DNA of 64,000 nucleotides, taken from assembly GCF_001194135.2 (NCBI RefSeq), contig NC_068985.1:29353657-29417656 (forward strand), written 5' to 3'. Positions 1 to 11,985 of this stretch are shown piece by piece (within the stretch, counting starts at the first letter, position 1; every line of letters begins with the position of its first letter). A model generated the notes under the pieces. The model did not search any database and had not been told where the DNA came from. It saw only the letters and a program-made list of their open reading frames with translations. The stretch is from Octopus bimaculoides (Eukaryota). A program made the translations under genes and the position numbers.

Positions 1-418
1 TTCTAAAGCAGCTTCATGTTTTGTTAACAACATGCTAGTTAACACAAGCCGAGCAAGACTCAGGAGCTCATACATACTCCGCCAGGAAGTTGACTGTTGC
101 TATAGCAGTGTAATTTATCCTCAACCCAGTGAGCAAGCTGTTGTTAATGGATTGAATACACTGGAAAGCCAGCTGTAATAGTAAACTCTCTGTATTTCCA
201 GCTTGTAACAATGAAGCAATGAACTGTACATAAATCAGCTCAGTTTTAGTGATGGAGACACATGGTGTAGGTAGGTCTATGGCACTAGGTGTACGCTTCG
301 GTTTAAACAGTGTGTATTTTAATTAGAAATGATAGTAACAAATGGGTGAGGAGGAATGATGAAGCAGAAAGAAAGAACGAGTGAGCATAATATATAGTAT
401 GTATGTGTGTGTGTGTGT

Positions 419-456
<38 letters not shown>

Positions 457-1935
457 NNNNNNNNNNNNNNNNNNNNNNNNNNNNNNNNNNNNNNNNNNNN
501 NNNNNNNNNNNNNNNNNNNNNNNNNNNNNNNNNNNNNNNNNNNNNNNNNNNNNNNNNNTATTTATGTGTGTGGATGTGTGTGTGTAGAGTTATGTTTTAA
601 ATCAGTTTATAAAAATGATTTCAGGCAGTATGAAAGGTGGTAGTAGTGTGTTCTTTGGATAGGAAACAGTAGAAGAAAAAATATGAAAATAAACAAAGAA
701 AAAGTGAGACTAAAGTATTTCCAAAGTAAAAGAGTAAGAGGCAGGCACGCTGAAGACAAACAGTTAGCAACAAGCAGTATTATCACGGACTATAGTTGAA
801 AACGGTCAGATAAACACCAACCATCAATTGCAATAATATCAAGTAAATAGGCAGGCTCTAGCAACTGTCAGTAGGCATTTCTTTTTGTTATTCCAAATCA
901 CAGGTTTCACTTTTTTACAACAGTAACATCTTACAGCAAATCTTAACATCCTTTGCTTTCTTAATCCACAGTTTCATTAATTAAATTTCTCTCGTCTTTT
1001 TTTCCCCCCTCTCCGCCACTCTGCTAGGTGGGGTGGGGTTGATTGATACCGCGTTAAGTCTTTCCCAGTCTACAAATTGACAGGAGTTTTTTTTTTACAA
1101 TTGCTTCTAGTGTTCACTTAGTTTTGCCTTGGTGTTATGATAGGGAAAACAATTGAACGCAGCATGAAAATAAGCCATACAAGTCAGTGATGTAATACCA
1201 AGAACACATTACACAGAGTACAAAAAAAAAACAAGTGAAATACCAAATTAAATTTAGTAGCTGGACGAAAGAAGAAAAAAAGTATAGCAGTTAATGAGCT
1301 CAAGTTCAAATGTAGGTATACACACTATGTGGATGTTTCTTAAACTGGGTTTGGTCATAGAAAATATTGATCAAAAGATGACAGAGCCAATTACAGATTA
1401 TCCTATTATCGTCCACTTGCTTAGTGTACTAGAATGCTGGAGATTTAATAATAATTTTATACAGTGACTTACAGCAGTGGATAAAATAAAAAATAAAAAA
1501 TGAAACAATGCAGCTACATTAACAATAGCCAACTGAGGAAACAAAAGGATGAACTATCTAAGCATGTCAAGCCCTGCTATATTATTAATAAATAAATTAC
1601 TTAGATAATTTTTATATTATAGTAGAATGACATACTTTTATATTTTTCTTCCCCTGAGAGCAAATAAAGCTTCATATGTATTATGAATATGGATAGACTG
1701 AGTTTTTAAATCTCCTTTCGAAAAAGATAGCAACCGAGATAATCACTATGGTAACTAGGTATGTGTGCAGGCATGGCTGTATGGTTAAGAAGCTCACTTT
1801 GCAAACACGTGGTACCAGGTTCAATACTACTGTACAGAACCTTGTGCATTGGGTTGACCAATACACACCAAATGGAATTTGGTAAGACAGAAACCATGCA
1901 GAAGTTCTTAATACATATGTAGTGTGTGTAATGTT

Positions 1936-1981
<46 letters not shown>

Positions 1982-2525
1982 TTGGTAAACTATATAAAAC
2001 AAAAAAAAAACTGAATGACACCCCTGGCAATATTGAGTATTGAGCTAAAGACACTCCCTTGTCTCTCTTCATAAAAAAAAATACAATGAAGCAATAATTA
2101 GCCTATTGGAAACTTGTAACCAGTCATACTCAATCACAAACTCATATAAAATATAAAATAAATAATTACAAAAATGGTTTTATACAATTTTTTTTTTTCA
2201 CAATTCCAAAGTGATACAATATTGCAAATTCAACCTATCTAAACTAGCAAGGAAGAGGAAAAAAATATTTATTAGAATTACAAGAGTTACACTGTGTTCC
2301 TACTGCATTAAGATCAACTAATTAACAATTTAATATATTACATTTTTTTAAAAAACTGGTTTGCTATACAACACATGATCATACTTATTTTCTCGTTTCT
2401 TTAGACTGTTTTTATAGCAAGTTGTATGAGTAGAAGTTACGTGCCCCTAACTCAAACCTACAGTATTTCTTAGAGGGAAAAAACATTATGAATGGTCTCC
2501 CACAACATCCTCACAGAACAGTGTA

Positions 2526-2593
2526 GCTGACTCAGAGGGGGGGGGGGAGAAAGAGATGGGTGGGGAGAAAGAGATGGGTGGGGAGAAAGAGAC
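2526..2593 (+). repeat. G-rich short tandem repeat (ggggagaaagagatgggt, about 2.6 copies after a poly-G run)
   Basis: Directly visible. Confidence 0.85.
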
Positions 2594-4479
2594 TGACACA
2601 ATACTTGATTGGCACTTTATTTATTGATCCCAGAAGGGTGGAAGGTAAAAATTAACCCCAGCAGGATTTGAAAGATATATCTAATAAATCAATCAAACAC
2701 ACTATTTTGTGTGCCAACTAACTTTTAGATTTAATGTTGTTGTATATTCTACATATCTAGCTATTTGTACCATGCTGAACTGATAAATAAACCCTATTTT
2801 CTTTGTGTTCACTTGACATTAGCATAAGCTGCATAAATTTTATGGAACTTTTTTTTAGAGTGAGAGGAAAAGGTGATGCCAATACTGGTAAGAGTAATTA
2901 TTGTGATGTTAGCAGTGTTGTTGACAGTGGTGATAATGATAGTGGCAACTAATGGTGAGGGGAATATTGGTTGCAGACAGTGAAAGAGGCAGCAGTAATA
3001 TGGTGATAGAATTTGTGATGCTGATGGTGACTATAGGTAAGGTTTTGATGATAGTGGTAGCAGAAATGATAGCAATGGTGGTGATTACACTATAGCAGGA
3101 ATTTAAATTCTTTATTGAGATGGATTTTAAAATGTTATAACTATTACAACCTTTAAGTTTAAAAGCTACAGACTTACTTTTTCATATTTTCTGCTTATTG
3201 TATTAATGAAGAAAAACAATAAAAATAATTTATTTTGACTAGGCACAATACCAACTTTTGCAAAAGTGAGGCATTAAATAAATTGACAACGCTACTATTT
3301 TATCAATTTTGAAGAGACGAAGCACAAAGTCAATCCATCAGTATTTAAACTTTTGTAAACAAGGCAAAACTAAATGCTATAAGACAATTAATCTGACAGC
3401 TCATCAGATCTGCCAACACATTGCCATAATACAGAATTCTTACATAAAGTTGAACTGACTTACAGTATATTCATCATCATCATCATCATAATCATCGTTT
3501 AATGTCCATGTTCCATTCTGACATACTGATGGGCTCAAGGACTGCATTGTGCTCCAGTGTCTACCTTGGCATGGTTTCTATAGCTTGATGACCATTGCTA
3601 GTAATTGTTTTATTGAATCCAATGGTATTTCAACATAGAATATAAATAGATATAACAAAATAGTGCAAAGAATTTAATCCTACATTCTCTAGTGCTTTAC
3701 ATGTCACCAAAAGAAGAGACAATGGCTATTTTGAACTAGTGACCACAGTATTGAAACTGGATACAAAACACTGAAAACTCTTTTATCAATAGTAATGATT
3801 TGTTTATTAAATTTCTATTGTTTCTTAATTTAAAAATAATACACTTTCATCAGCAAAACCAAACAAAATATCACAAAGGACATTATATATATTTTTTTTT
3901 TCCTATTATGCTTTCAAAACTTTTCTCTCTCTCTTTTTTACCACAACCCACTTTTTGACAAATCCTACCAGGACTCAACTTTTTAACAATAACCAAAAGT
4001 CAGTCTGATTTAATGTAGGGAAATTTAAATCTAATCAAAACAAACAAGTATTAACCTGAAAAAAATTTCTTTAACTATTTTTTTTTTACATTATTACTAA
4101 GCCAACAATATTATTAAGTAAAACAGACATAACCTGATTGTAAGAAGCAACTAACAATTATTAACTAGGAAGATATTTAAGCATCACTTACTTCCTTAAA
4201 GTCCATAGAATAATATATATGATAGTTAGGTGCTTTGACTTATCTTGTTTCTTAGATACCTTATAATATCATAGCAATAGATCAATTCCATCACATGTTG
4301 CTTCCGCATTATTTATAAGTTTCAGCAAACAAAACAAATGGGTTACTAAATTTTCAGTATTCCAGAAATACCAATTACAAATATAATAAGCCAAAAATTC
4401 TTCAAAGCAGCTTGATTGGAAAGTTAAAGAAAATAATGGTGTCTGATTTAGGTACAAGGTCAATAATTTTAAGAAGGAT

Positions 4480-4882
4480 GGGGTTAGTTGATACTCTTGA
4501 CAGTTGATGATAGCCTCTACCCAACTCCAGGACTTGACTGGTCATCCCAGGAAGGCATGAATGAAGTTTTTGAAGGCTGATCTGAAAACACAGAGCCTTA
4601 CAAAGGAGATGACAGAAGACTGAGATATGTGGCACACTGCTGTATTTGAGAAGACTATGCCCATTACAATACAGTTGAGATCCTAAGACCAAGGTGCCAC
4701 ATAAAAAGCACTGGTGTTAGTGCCACCTGTGGAGTGGTTGGCATTAGGAAGGGCATCCAGCCATTGAAACCAAGCCAAAACAGACTGTGGAACCTGCTGC
4801 AGTCCTTGGCCTTACCAGTTCTTGTCAAGCTGTTCATCCCATGCCAGTAAAAAGAGTGGACGTTAAATGATGATGGTGATGA
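4480..4882 (+). mobile_element. Old RTE LINE 3' fragment
   Basis: GHPRKA*MKFLKADLKTQSLTKEMTED*DMWHTAVFEKT resembles the RTE ORF end seen at 11.0 kb. The family 3' UTR and the ggacgttaaatgatgatg tail follow. Confidence 0.75.
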
Positions 4883-5779
4883 ACCTCAGTGGGAACTGAA
4901 CTCAAAATGTAAAGGGATGGAAGAAATACCACAAGGCATTATTTTGTCTGACACACTAATGATTCCCCCAATCTTCTGCTATGAAGTTAAAGCAAATAAA
5001 TATCAGAGTAGAACAGCTCTAAAAACAACAATTTCTGTTACAATAACAAGAAAGATGATTAAACTTTTACAAGTATGGTGTGATGTTAAAAAAAAAAAAA
5101 CCCACGTCATGATCTGAGAATCAACGGAAGGAGAACTAACCAAAGATTAGAAGACTAATGAGAAAATAATATTTGATTGATGATCATGGGAGCAGTGTGA
5201 GTAATGACTATAAATATTTTGATAAATGTACACAGCAAAGAACACAAACAATAAAAAAAAAGTGGAGATCAGTTGAAAATTTGGAGATGACTCATAACTG
5301 AATACATAGATTAGCTTCAAAGAAGCCACATCCTGTTATAGTTGTTGTTAAGCTCCAAATCAAGCAGATTGCTGTGACCATTCATTTTCAGTTACAGTGT
5401 ATGAAAGACAACCTCATCCAATAAAGAAAACAAGGGTTGTATGTATATATGTATATATATGTACATACGTACGCACGCATGCATACATATGTATGTACTG
5501 GAGAGAGAGTGAGTGAGTGAGTGAGATGTGATTTCATCTACTTCCCATGATAAAATGGGTTGGACAGTTCATCACAGTTTGAGCTAAGTCTTTTTCACAG
5601 TTACTGTCCTCCTAGAGAGCCTGCATCTCACTTGGATGTTCTAAGGTATATACGTATCCATAATGTGTATTCATTTAAACAGGATTTAGATAATCCTATC
5701 AGGTGGTGATATTAAGTTAGACATGGCCTGGACCAATCTTTGGTCGAAACATATCTAAGTTTATCTAAGTTTCTAAGTT

Positions 5780-5784
<5 letters not shown>

Positions 5785-5865
<81 letters not shown>

Positions 5866-5873
5866 TGTGTGTC
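5785..5873. repeat. (TG)n microsatellite
   Basis: About 40 TG units. Other (TA)n and (TG)n tracts lie near 420, 1940, 7503, 21945, 35198, 35681 and 46020. Confidence 0.97.
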
Positions 5874-6140
5874 TGTAGCATATTTATGTATGTATACATG
5901 AAGACATGCTGCTCGACATTCATTTCCCCATGTTTTGGCAAATTTGGATAGTTGCACAATGTGGGAACAACTGATTGTACAACTCGATACCATTTTCAAT
6001 GAAAAGCATCAACCTAAAATTGATCAACCATTTTGTGAGCTAGGCAAACTGAGCTGAGTGGAGTTATGTGCCTTATTCCAAGACAATACATTTGCTGTAG
6101 CAAGACAGAGAACTGAAACATTATTACCATGCATCATTAA

Positions 6141-6355
6141 GGCGGAGCTGGCAGAATCGTTAGCACGCTGGATGAAAATGCTTAGCGGTATTTTGCCCGT
6201 TGTTCCATTCTGAGTTCAAATTCCACCAAGGTTGACTTTGCCGTTCATCCTTTTTGGGGTCGATAAAATAAGTACCAGTTGAAGACTGGGCTGATGTAAT
6301 CAACTCATCCCCTTCCCCAAAATTGCTGCCCTTGAGGCAAAATTTGAAACCATTA
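6141..6355 (+). mobile_element. SINE family B variant (alternative 3' end)
   Basis: Same head as 36775 but ending in aaattgctgcccttg...aaatttgaaacc. Further degraded copies lie near 12655, 14850, 16140, 24520 and 56150. Confidence 0.82.
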
Positions 6356-7500
6356 TTTCTGTGCATCATTGAGTACAAACAATTCAATGCCTTTCTTTAT
6401 GTATTTGTTTTGTGACACTATGACATTCCTTTAAAAATGCAGGTTTTTGACGAGTACATATTTGAAGGGATAACAGAAATAAAAGGGAGGCTACATTGTC
6501 TTTTTTAAGATGAAAATTTGAGGCAAAATTAAAAAGTGATTTTTTAAATTTAATCATTTTTAATAGAAAATATAGAGTTTCAGCACAGAAATGTGTGAGG
6601 TGGTTTTAGGAAGACTGAATACTTTATTTTGCCCAAATGAAGTAGACAGCTGCCATAACTGCACTTTTAGATATAAGAGATATGTACTTCAGAAGAAGAT
6701 ATATGGCTTAATGAGTAGCCAGAATTATAACCTTGGTACAAGCAATATACTGTGAACCCAGTGAAACAATTAGTAAATAAACTCAATATATGACTTTTAG
6801 AAAGGAAAGGTATTTAGAAAAAATGTCACTAAGTACAAACTTCAGCAGATTGTGTAAACTTGATTTTAATATACAGCAAAATAGGAAAACACTTTTCCAA
6901 ACTTATTATTTTGGTCCTAGGTTAAGGTAGAATAACTAACCAGGAAATACACGTACTATCCTAAATAAATCAAGAACATTTGCAAAAGACTAAATTTTTA
7001 ATATAGTATAATTGTACAGGTATCACTATGTTTGTTAACTAAAAATACATTACAAAGCTTGCAATAATATTAGCAATTTTTCTTACCATCAGCTCACCTC
7101 AACTACTAAAATGGTATTAGAATAATGATGATGATGACAACGACCATGCCAGTAGCAATGATGACACTGACAAAAATAAACCTATATATGATGGCATTTA
7201 GCCCGACATTTAATATTATTAAAGAACTGACATTCTAGACATATTAGATTTAGAGACATATTTCAAACTTTTTGAAGTTGAATCTAATAATTCATATCAA
7301 TTGACCTTTAATTTCTTCAAATGATAATATACAATGATATTAATTTTTGCTTGTTGGTGACAAAACAACCTTAAGTTCTTATTTTAGAAAAGAGACTGAA
7401 TAACTTTCTAGAATGTTGTATGCATAAAATTTTAGCAAGAACTAAAGTGATTTGATTAGAAATAAAATATTCATACTTTCATATTTCTTTGAGCATCTCC

Positions 7501-7535
<35 letters not shown>

Positions 7536-7884
7536 GTAGCAATGATGTTAAATTAGCATAGCCACTTATATAATATAGTAAATGTTAAACTAGACTATAG
7601 TTTATACAGTCAGATATTTGATTATTTCTATGGACTCTTAACAAGAAACAGAAAGCATGGGATATCTATAGGTCAAACAGGGAGATATTTCAAAAGGTTG
7701 CAGCTTTGGAGGGGAAATATTGAGGAAAAAGAAGAGTTTTAGAACATAGTTTGAGGATGCAAAACATATTAGAGGTGGAAAATGCAGGGGGAGTATGGAA
7801 CACCCAGAGAACCACAGTTTGTTAATTTAGAGGGGCAAGAATCATTGTAGCATGAGTAGATGAGACATAGAGAACTAATGGTGA

Positions 7885-8365
7885 ATGCATCGTCGTCGTT
7901 GTCGTCATCATCCTCATCATCATTATCATCATTTAACATTCATTGTCCATGCTGGTATGTGTTGGACAGTTTGACCAGGGCTGGCAAGCTGGAAGCTGCA
8001 CCAGACTCGAGTCTGATTTGGCATGGTTTCTATGGCTGGATGCCCTTCCTAATGGCAACCACTCCGAGAGTACAATGGGTGTTTTTAAATCCCACTGGCA
8101 TGGGTGCCATTTGCATGACACCAGTATCTGTCACGACTACGACTTTACTTGGTTTGATGGGTCTTCTTCTCAAGCACGGAATAATGCCAAAGATTTTGCT
8201 CATTCGTCATTGCCTCCGTGAGACCCAACACTCGAAAGATGCTTTTATGTGCCACCAGCACAAGTGCCAGTTATGTGACACTAGCATTGGCCACAACCAC
8301 GATTTCATTTGGTTTGACAGATCTTCTCAAATACAGTATATTGCCAAAGGTCTTGGACTCGGTCA
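7885..8365 (-). mobile_element. RTE LINE 3' UTR fragment
   Basis: Starts with a (CAT)n tail and carries ggatgcccttccta and the repeated tcttctcaagcac modules. It is a reverse-complement homolog of 11130-11618. Confidence 0.85.
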
Positions 8366-9409
8366 AAGCAGAAAAGAAAGATTAAGGAAACATCTAAACT
8401 GCATGTACATTAGCTTGGGAACATCTTACCTTCAATAAAAATCAACTTACAGTTTAGTTTGTTAAGATCATATATGTTATCATCATCATTTTAATATCTA
8501 GTTTTCCTTGCAAAGGTCAGACAAGAGCATGTTGAGGCAGAGTTTTATTAAAGCTGGAAATCTTTCCTGTCAGTAACTCCAACTCATTTCCAAGTGAGGT
8601 AATAATCTCCTAGCCAATTAAGCAATAATAATCTGGATAAGGCTTATGCTGGTAACAGGAAAGAAATAACACCATTTAAGGAGCCATTTGTTAACAAAGG
8701 TCACACAGCATGTGAAGACAAGAAGCCTGAATATGTTCATGGTGGACTGCAAACCAATGATACCAGCAGGAAATCATTGTCTACAAACACAAAAGAAACA
8801 CACACACACACACACACACACGACACGCTTCATCTGCTTCCATCAACCAAATCGACTTACAAAGTTTTGGTCAGTCATGGTTACAGTAAAAGTTATTTAT
8901 ATATAGTACCATGCAGAGCGACTGAACCTGAAACCATGTGGTCAGGAAGCAAAGTTCTCAATCACATAACCATGGCTGGAAATGAACTAGTTGTATTTTT
9001 AATTAATGTATTTTGAAGTATTATTGATCAGCAACACAATTTTAAAGACTAATCCCATTTGCTGAATATTAATTATTTATTAGTTTACTATTATATTATT
9101 CTAGTTATTCACATCTGTTTCAAAAAAACAAAAAAACAAAAATGAAAAATGATGATGGGGAGGTGGGATATATCTCGCCTACATCACAAACTGAGTTACT
9201 AATTTTCATTTGGTAAACAGCCTAAATGCAGCTGTGTACATCACTTCCAATTTAGGATAATCTCCAATTCCTTCCTCCTACAAAGTTCATATGGTTCCAG
9301 ATGTTAAGCCTTTACCACCTACGTTTACTTTACCTTTGCTTCCAACACAAATACTGAAGTAGAGCTAACAAAGTCTACTCTACAAAATAAACAAATTTTG
9401 TGTGTAAAT

Positions 9410-9633
9410 CATCATCATCATCATCATCGTTTAACGTCCGCTTTCCATGCTAGCATGGGTTGGACGATTTGACTGAGGACTGGTGAAACCGGATGGCAAC
9501 ACCAGGCTCCAGTCTAATTTGGCAGAGTTTCTACAGCTGGATGCCCTTCCTAACGCCAACCACTCAGAGAGTGTAGTGGGTGCTTTTACGTGTCACCCGC
9601 ACGAAAACGGCCACGCTCGAAATGGTGTCTTTT
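9410..9633 (-). mobile_element. Young RTE 3'-end copy
   Basis: (CAT)n-cgtttaacgtccgctttccatgctagcatggg..., nearly identical to the copies at 22721 and 63690. Confidence 0.88.
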
Positions 9634-9844
9634 GAAGACACAATATAGTTACTTGGCCTGCTTCATTTAAGTACCAAATTTATCTAAAAGGAATCACAAG
9701 AACTAGTACTGAAAATCTAGAACAGCCTTCCTCAGCCCAAAGGAAAATGACCAGAAATATAATGTTTATCAAAAGAAATTCTATCTAATTAAACACTGGT
9801 CACTTTGATTAAGTAACAAATATTCTTATAGTAGGTATTTAAGA

Positions 9845-11618
9845 GAGACAAACAATTAGGGAGAGAGTTAGTTTAGACAAGATGCAGTGTGGTTTTGTGC
9901 CAGGGAGAAGCACCACTGACGCTATATTTTTGGTGAGGCAGCTGCAGAAGAAATACATAGCCAAAGATAAACCTCTGTACTTTGCCTTTGTTGACTTGGC
10001 GAAAGCCTTTGACTGGGTCTCCTGATCCCTTATTTGGGAGCCAATGTGGAAACAAGGGACAGACGAGTGGTTGGTGAGAGCTGTACAAGCTATGTACAAG
10101 GATGCTACCAGTAAGGTGAGGGTTGGCAATAAGTATAGTGAAGAATTCAGGGTACAAGTAGGGGTTCACCAAGGATTGGTGCTCAGCCCCCTCTTGTTCA
10201 TCATAGTCCTTCAGGCAATAACAGAGGAGTTCAAGACAGGTTACCCCTGGAAGCTCCTCTATGTTGATGACCTTGCTCTTATAGCTGAATCACTACTTGA
10301 ACTAGAGAAGTTTCAGGTATGGAAGCAAGGTCTAGAATCAAAGGGCCTTAGAGTTAACATAGAAAAAACCAAAGTCATAGTAAGTAGGAAGGCAGACAAA
10401 TCATAAATCCCTTCAGGTAGATGGCCCTGCTCAATTGTAGAAAAGGTGTAGGTAGAAATTGCATAAGATGCACCTAGTGTAAGCTTTGGATATATCAGGG
10501 TAAAGTTAACAGGGAAACTAGCTCTTGTATGCAGAAGTTGCACAGGTAAAATAAACACTGAAAATGGGCAGAAAACAGACTCCATCAACTGCCAAGGGGA
10601 AAAGCTAGAGATAGTAGATAGCTTCCTAATGGAAGCTATCTACTGGTAGTGGACGTGGGTGCACCGAGAGCGTAACTGTGAGAATAAGATTAGGATGGGT
10701 AAAGTTTAGGGAACTCCTACCCCTGCTGGCAACAAAGGACCTCTCTCTCAGAGTGAAAGGCAGATTGTTTGAAGCTTGTATGCAAACAGCTATGCTGCAT
10801 AGCAGTGAAACATGAGCTGTCACAGCCAAGGATAAGCTAGGCTTGAAAAAAATGAAGCCAGTATGCTTCACTGGATGTGCAATGTCAGTGTGTATGTTCG
10901 ACAGTGTGCATGAGAGAAAAGTTAGGCATAAGAGGCATCAGGTGTAGTGTGCAAGTGAGACGACTGCACTGGTATGGTCATGTGATGCATATGGACAAGG
11001 ACAGCTATGTAAAGAAGTGCCGATCTCTAACAGTAGAGGGAACCTATGGTAGAGGTAGACCAAGAAAGACATGGAACGAGGTAGTGAAGCACGATCTTTG
11101 AACTTTGAGCTCACAGAGGCAATGACTAGTGACTGAAACCTTTGGAGATGTGCTGTGCTTGAGAGGACTAATCAAGCCAAGTGCACCCATGTTGGTGGCA
11201 TGTAAAGAACACCTTTCAAGCATTCAGCCTCGCAGAGATAAAGTGGCTGAGTTCCTTTCAAGCATTGGGACTCCCGGAGGCAAAGTGGCTGAATTCCTTT
11301 TGAGTGTTGGGCTTCACAGAGGCAATGACTGAAACCTTTGGCATTATATCGTACTTGAGAAGACCCATCAAACCAAGCGAAATCGAAGTTGTGACAGATA
11401 CCGATGTCACACAAATTGGCAGCCATGCTGGTGGCATGTAAAAGCACCCATTACACACTCAGAGTGACTGGCGTCAGGAAGGGTATCCAGCCATGGAAAA
11501 CCATGCCAAATCAGACTGGAGTCTGGTGCAGCCTTCCAGACTATCAGCCCTGGTCAAACTGTCCAACCCATGCCAGCATGGAAAAAAAGGACATTAAATG
11601 ATGATGATGATGATGATA
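9845..11618 (+). mobile_element. RTE-clade non-LTR retrotransposon, 5'-truncated and degenerate (RT, PHD-like finger, thumb, 3' UTR, (GAT)n tail)
   Basis: Translates to QCGFVPGRSTTDAIF..FVDLAKAFD..GVHQGLVLSPLLF..LLYVDDL..NIEKTK and later GRGRPRKTWNEVVKHDL, with stops and frameshifts. Ends in ggacattaaat(gat)n. Confidence 0.93.
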
Positions 11619-11752
11619 ATTGATGTGCAACAAAACAGTCTTCAGTAGAATCAGAAATATCCATTTTTGCAGAATAAATTTACAGTTGCTTTCATGATTT
11701 TCAACAGATACCTAAAGATGCTGAATATGAAAAGTTTAGAAGCTAATATTCT

Positions 11753-11985
11753 TATTTCTTTACTGCCCACAAGGGGCTACACACAGAGGGGACAAACAAT
11801 GACACAAATGGATTAAGTCAATTACATCGACCCCAATGCGTAACTGGTACTTAATTTATCGACCCCGAAAAGATGAAAGGCAAAGTCGACTTCGGCGGAA
11901 TTTGAACTCAGAATGTAGTGGCAGAAGAAATGCCACTAAGCATTTCGTCCGGCATGCTAACGTTTCTGCCAGCTTGCAGCCTTAT
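11753..11985 (-). mobile_element. tRNA-derived SINE, family B, with 18-bp target-site duplication
   Basis: Reverse complement of ggcggcgagctggcagaaacgttagc...gagttcaaattccgccgaagtcgac. Perfect direct repeat tttagaagctaatattct at 11735-11752 and 11986-12003. Confidence 0.9.

Noticed and set aside
7860-8438. 192-aa ORF
   Set aside because: It is the antisense reading of an RTE 3' UTR, and the poly-Ser comes from the (CAT)n tail.
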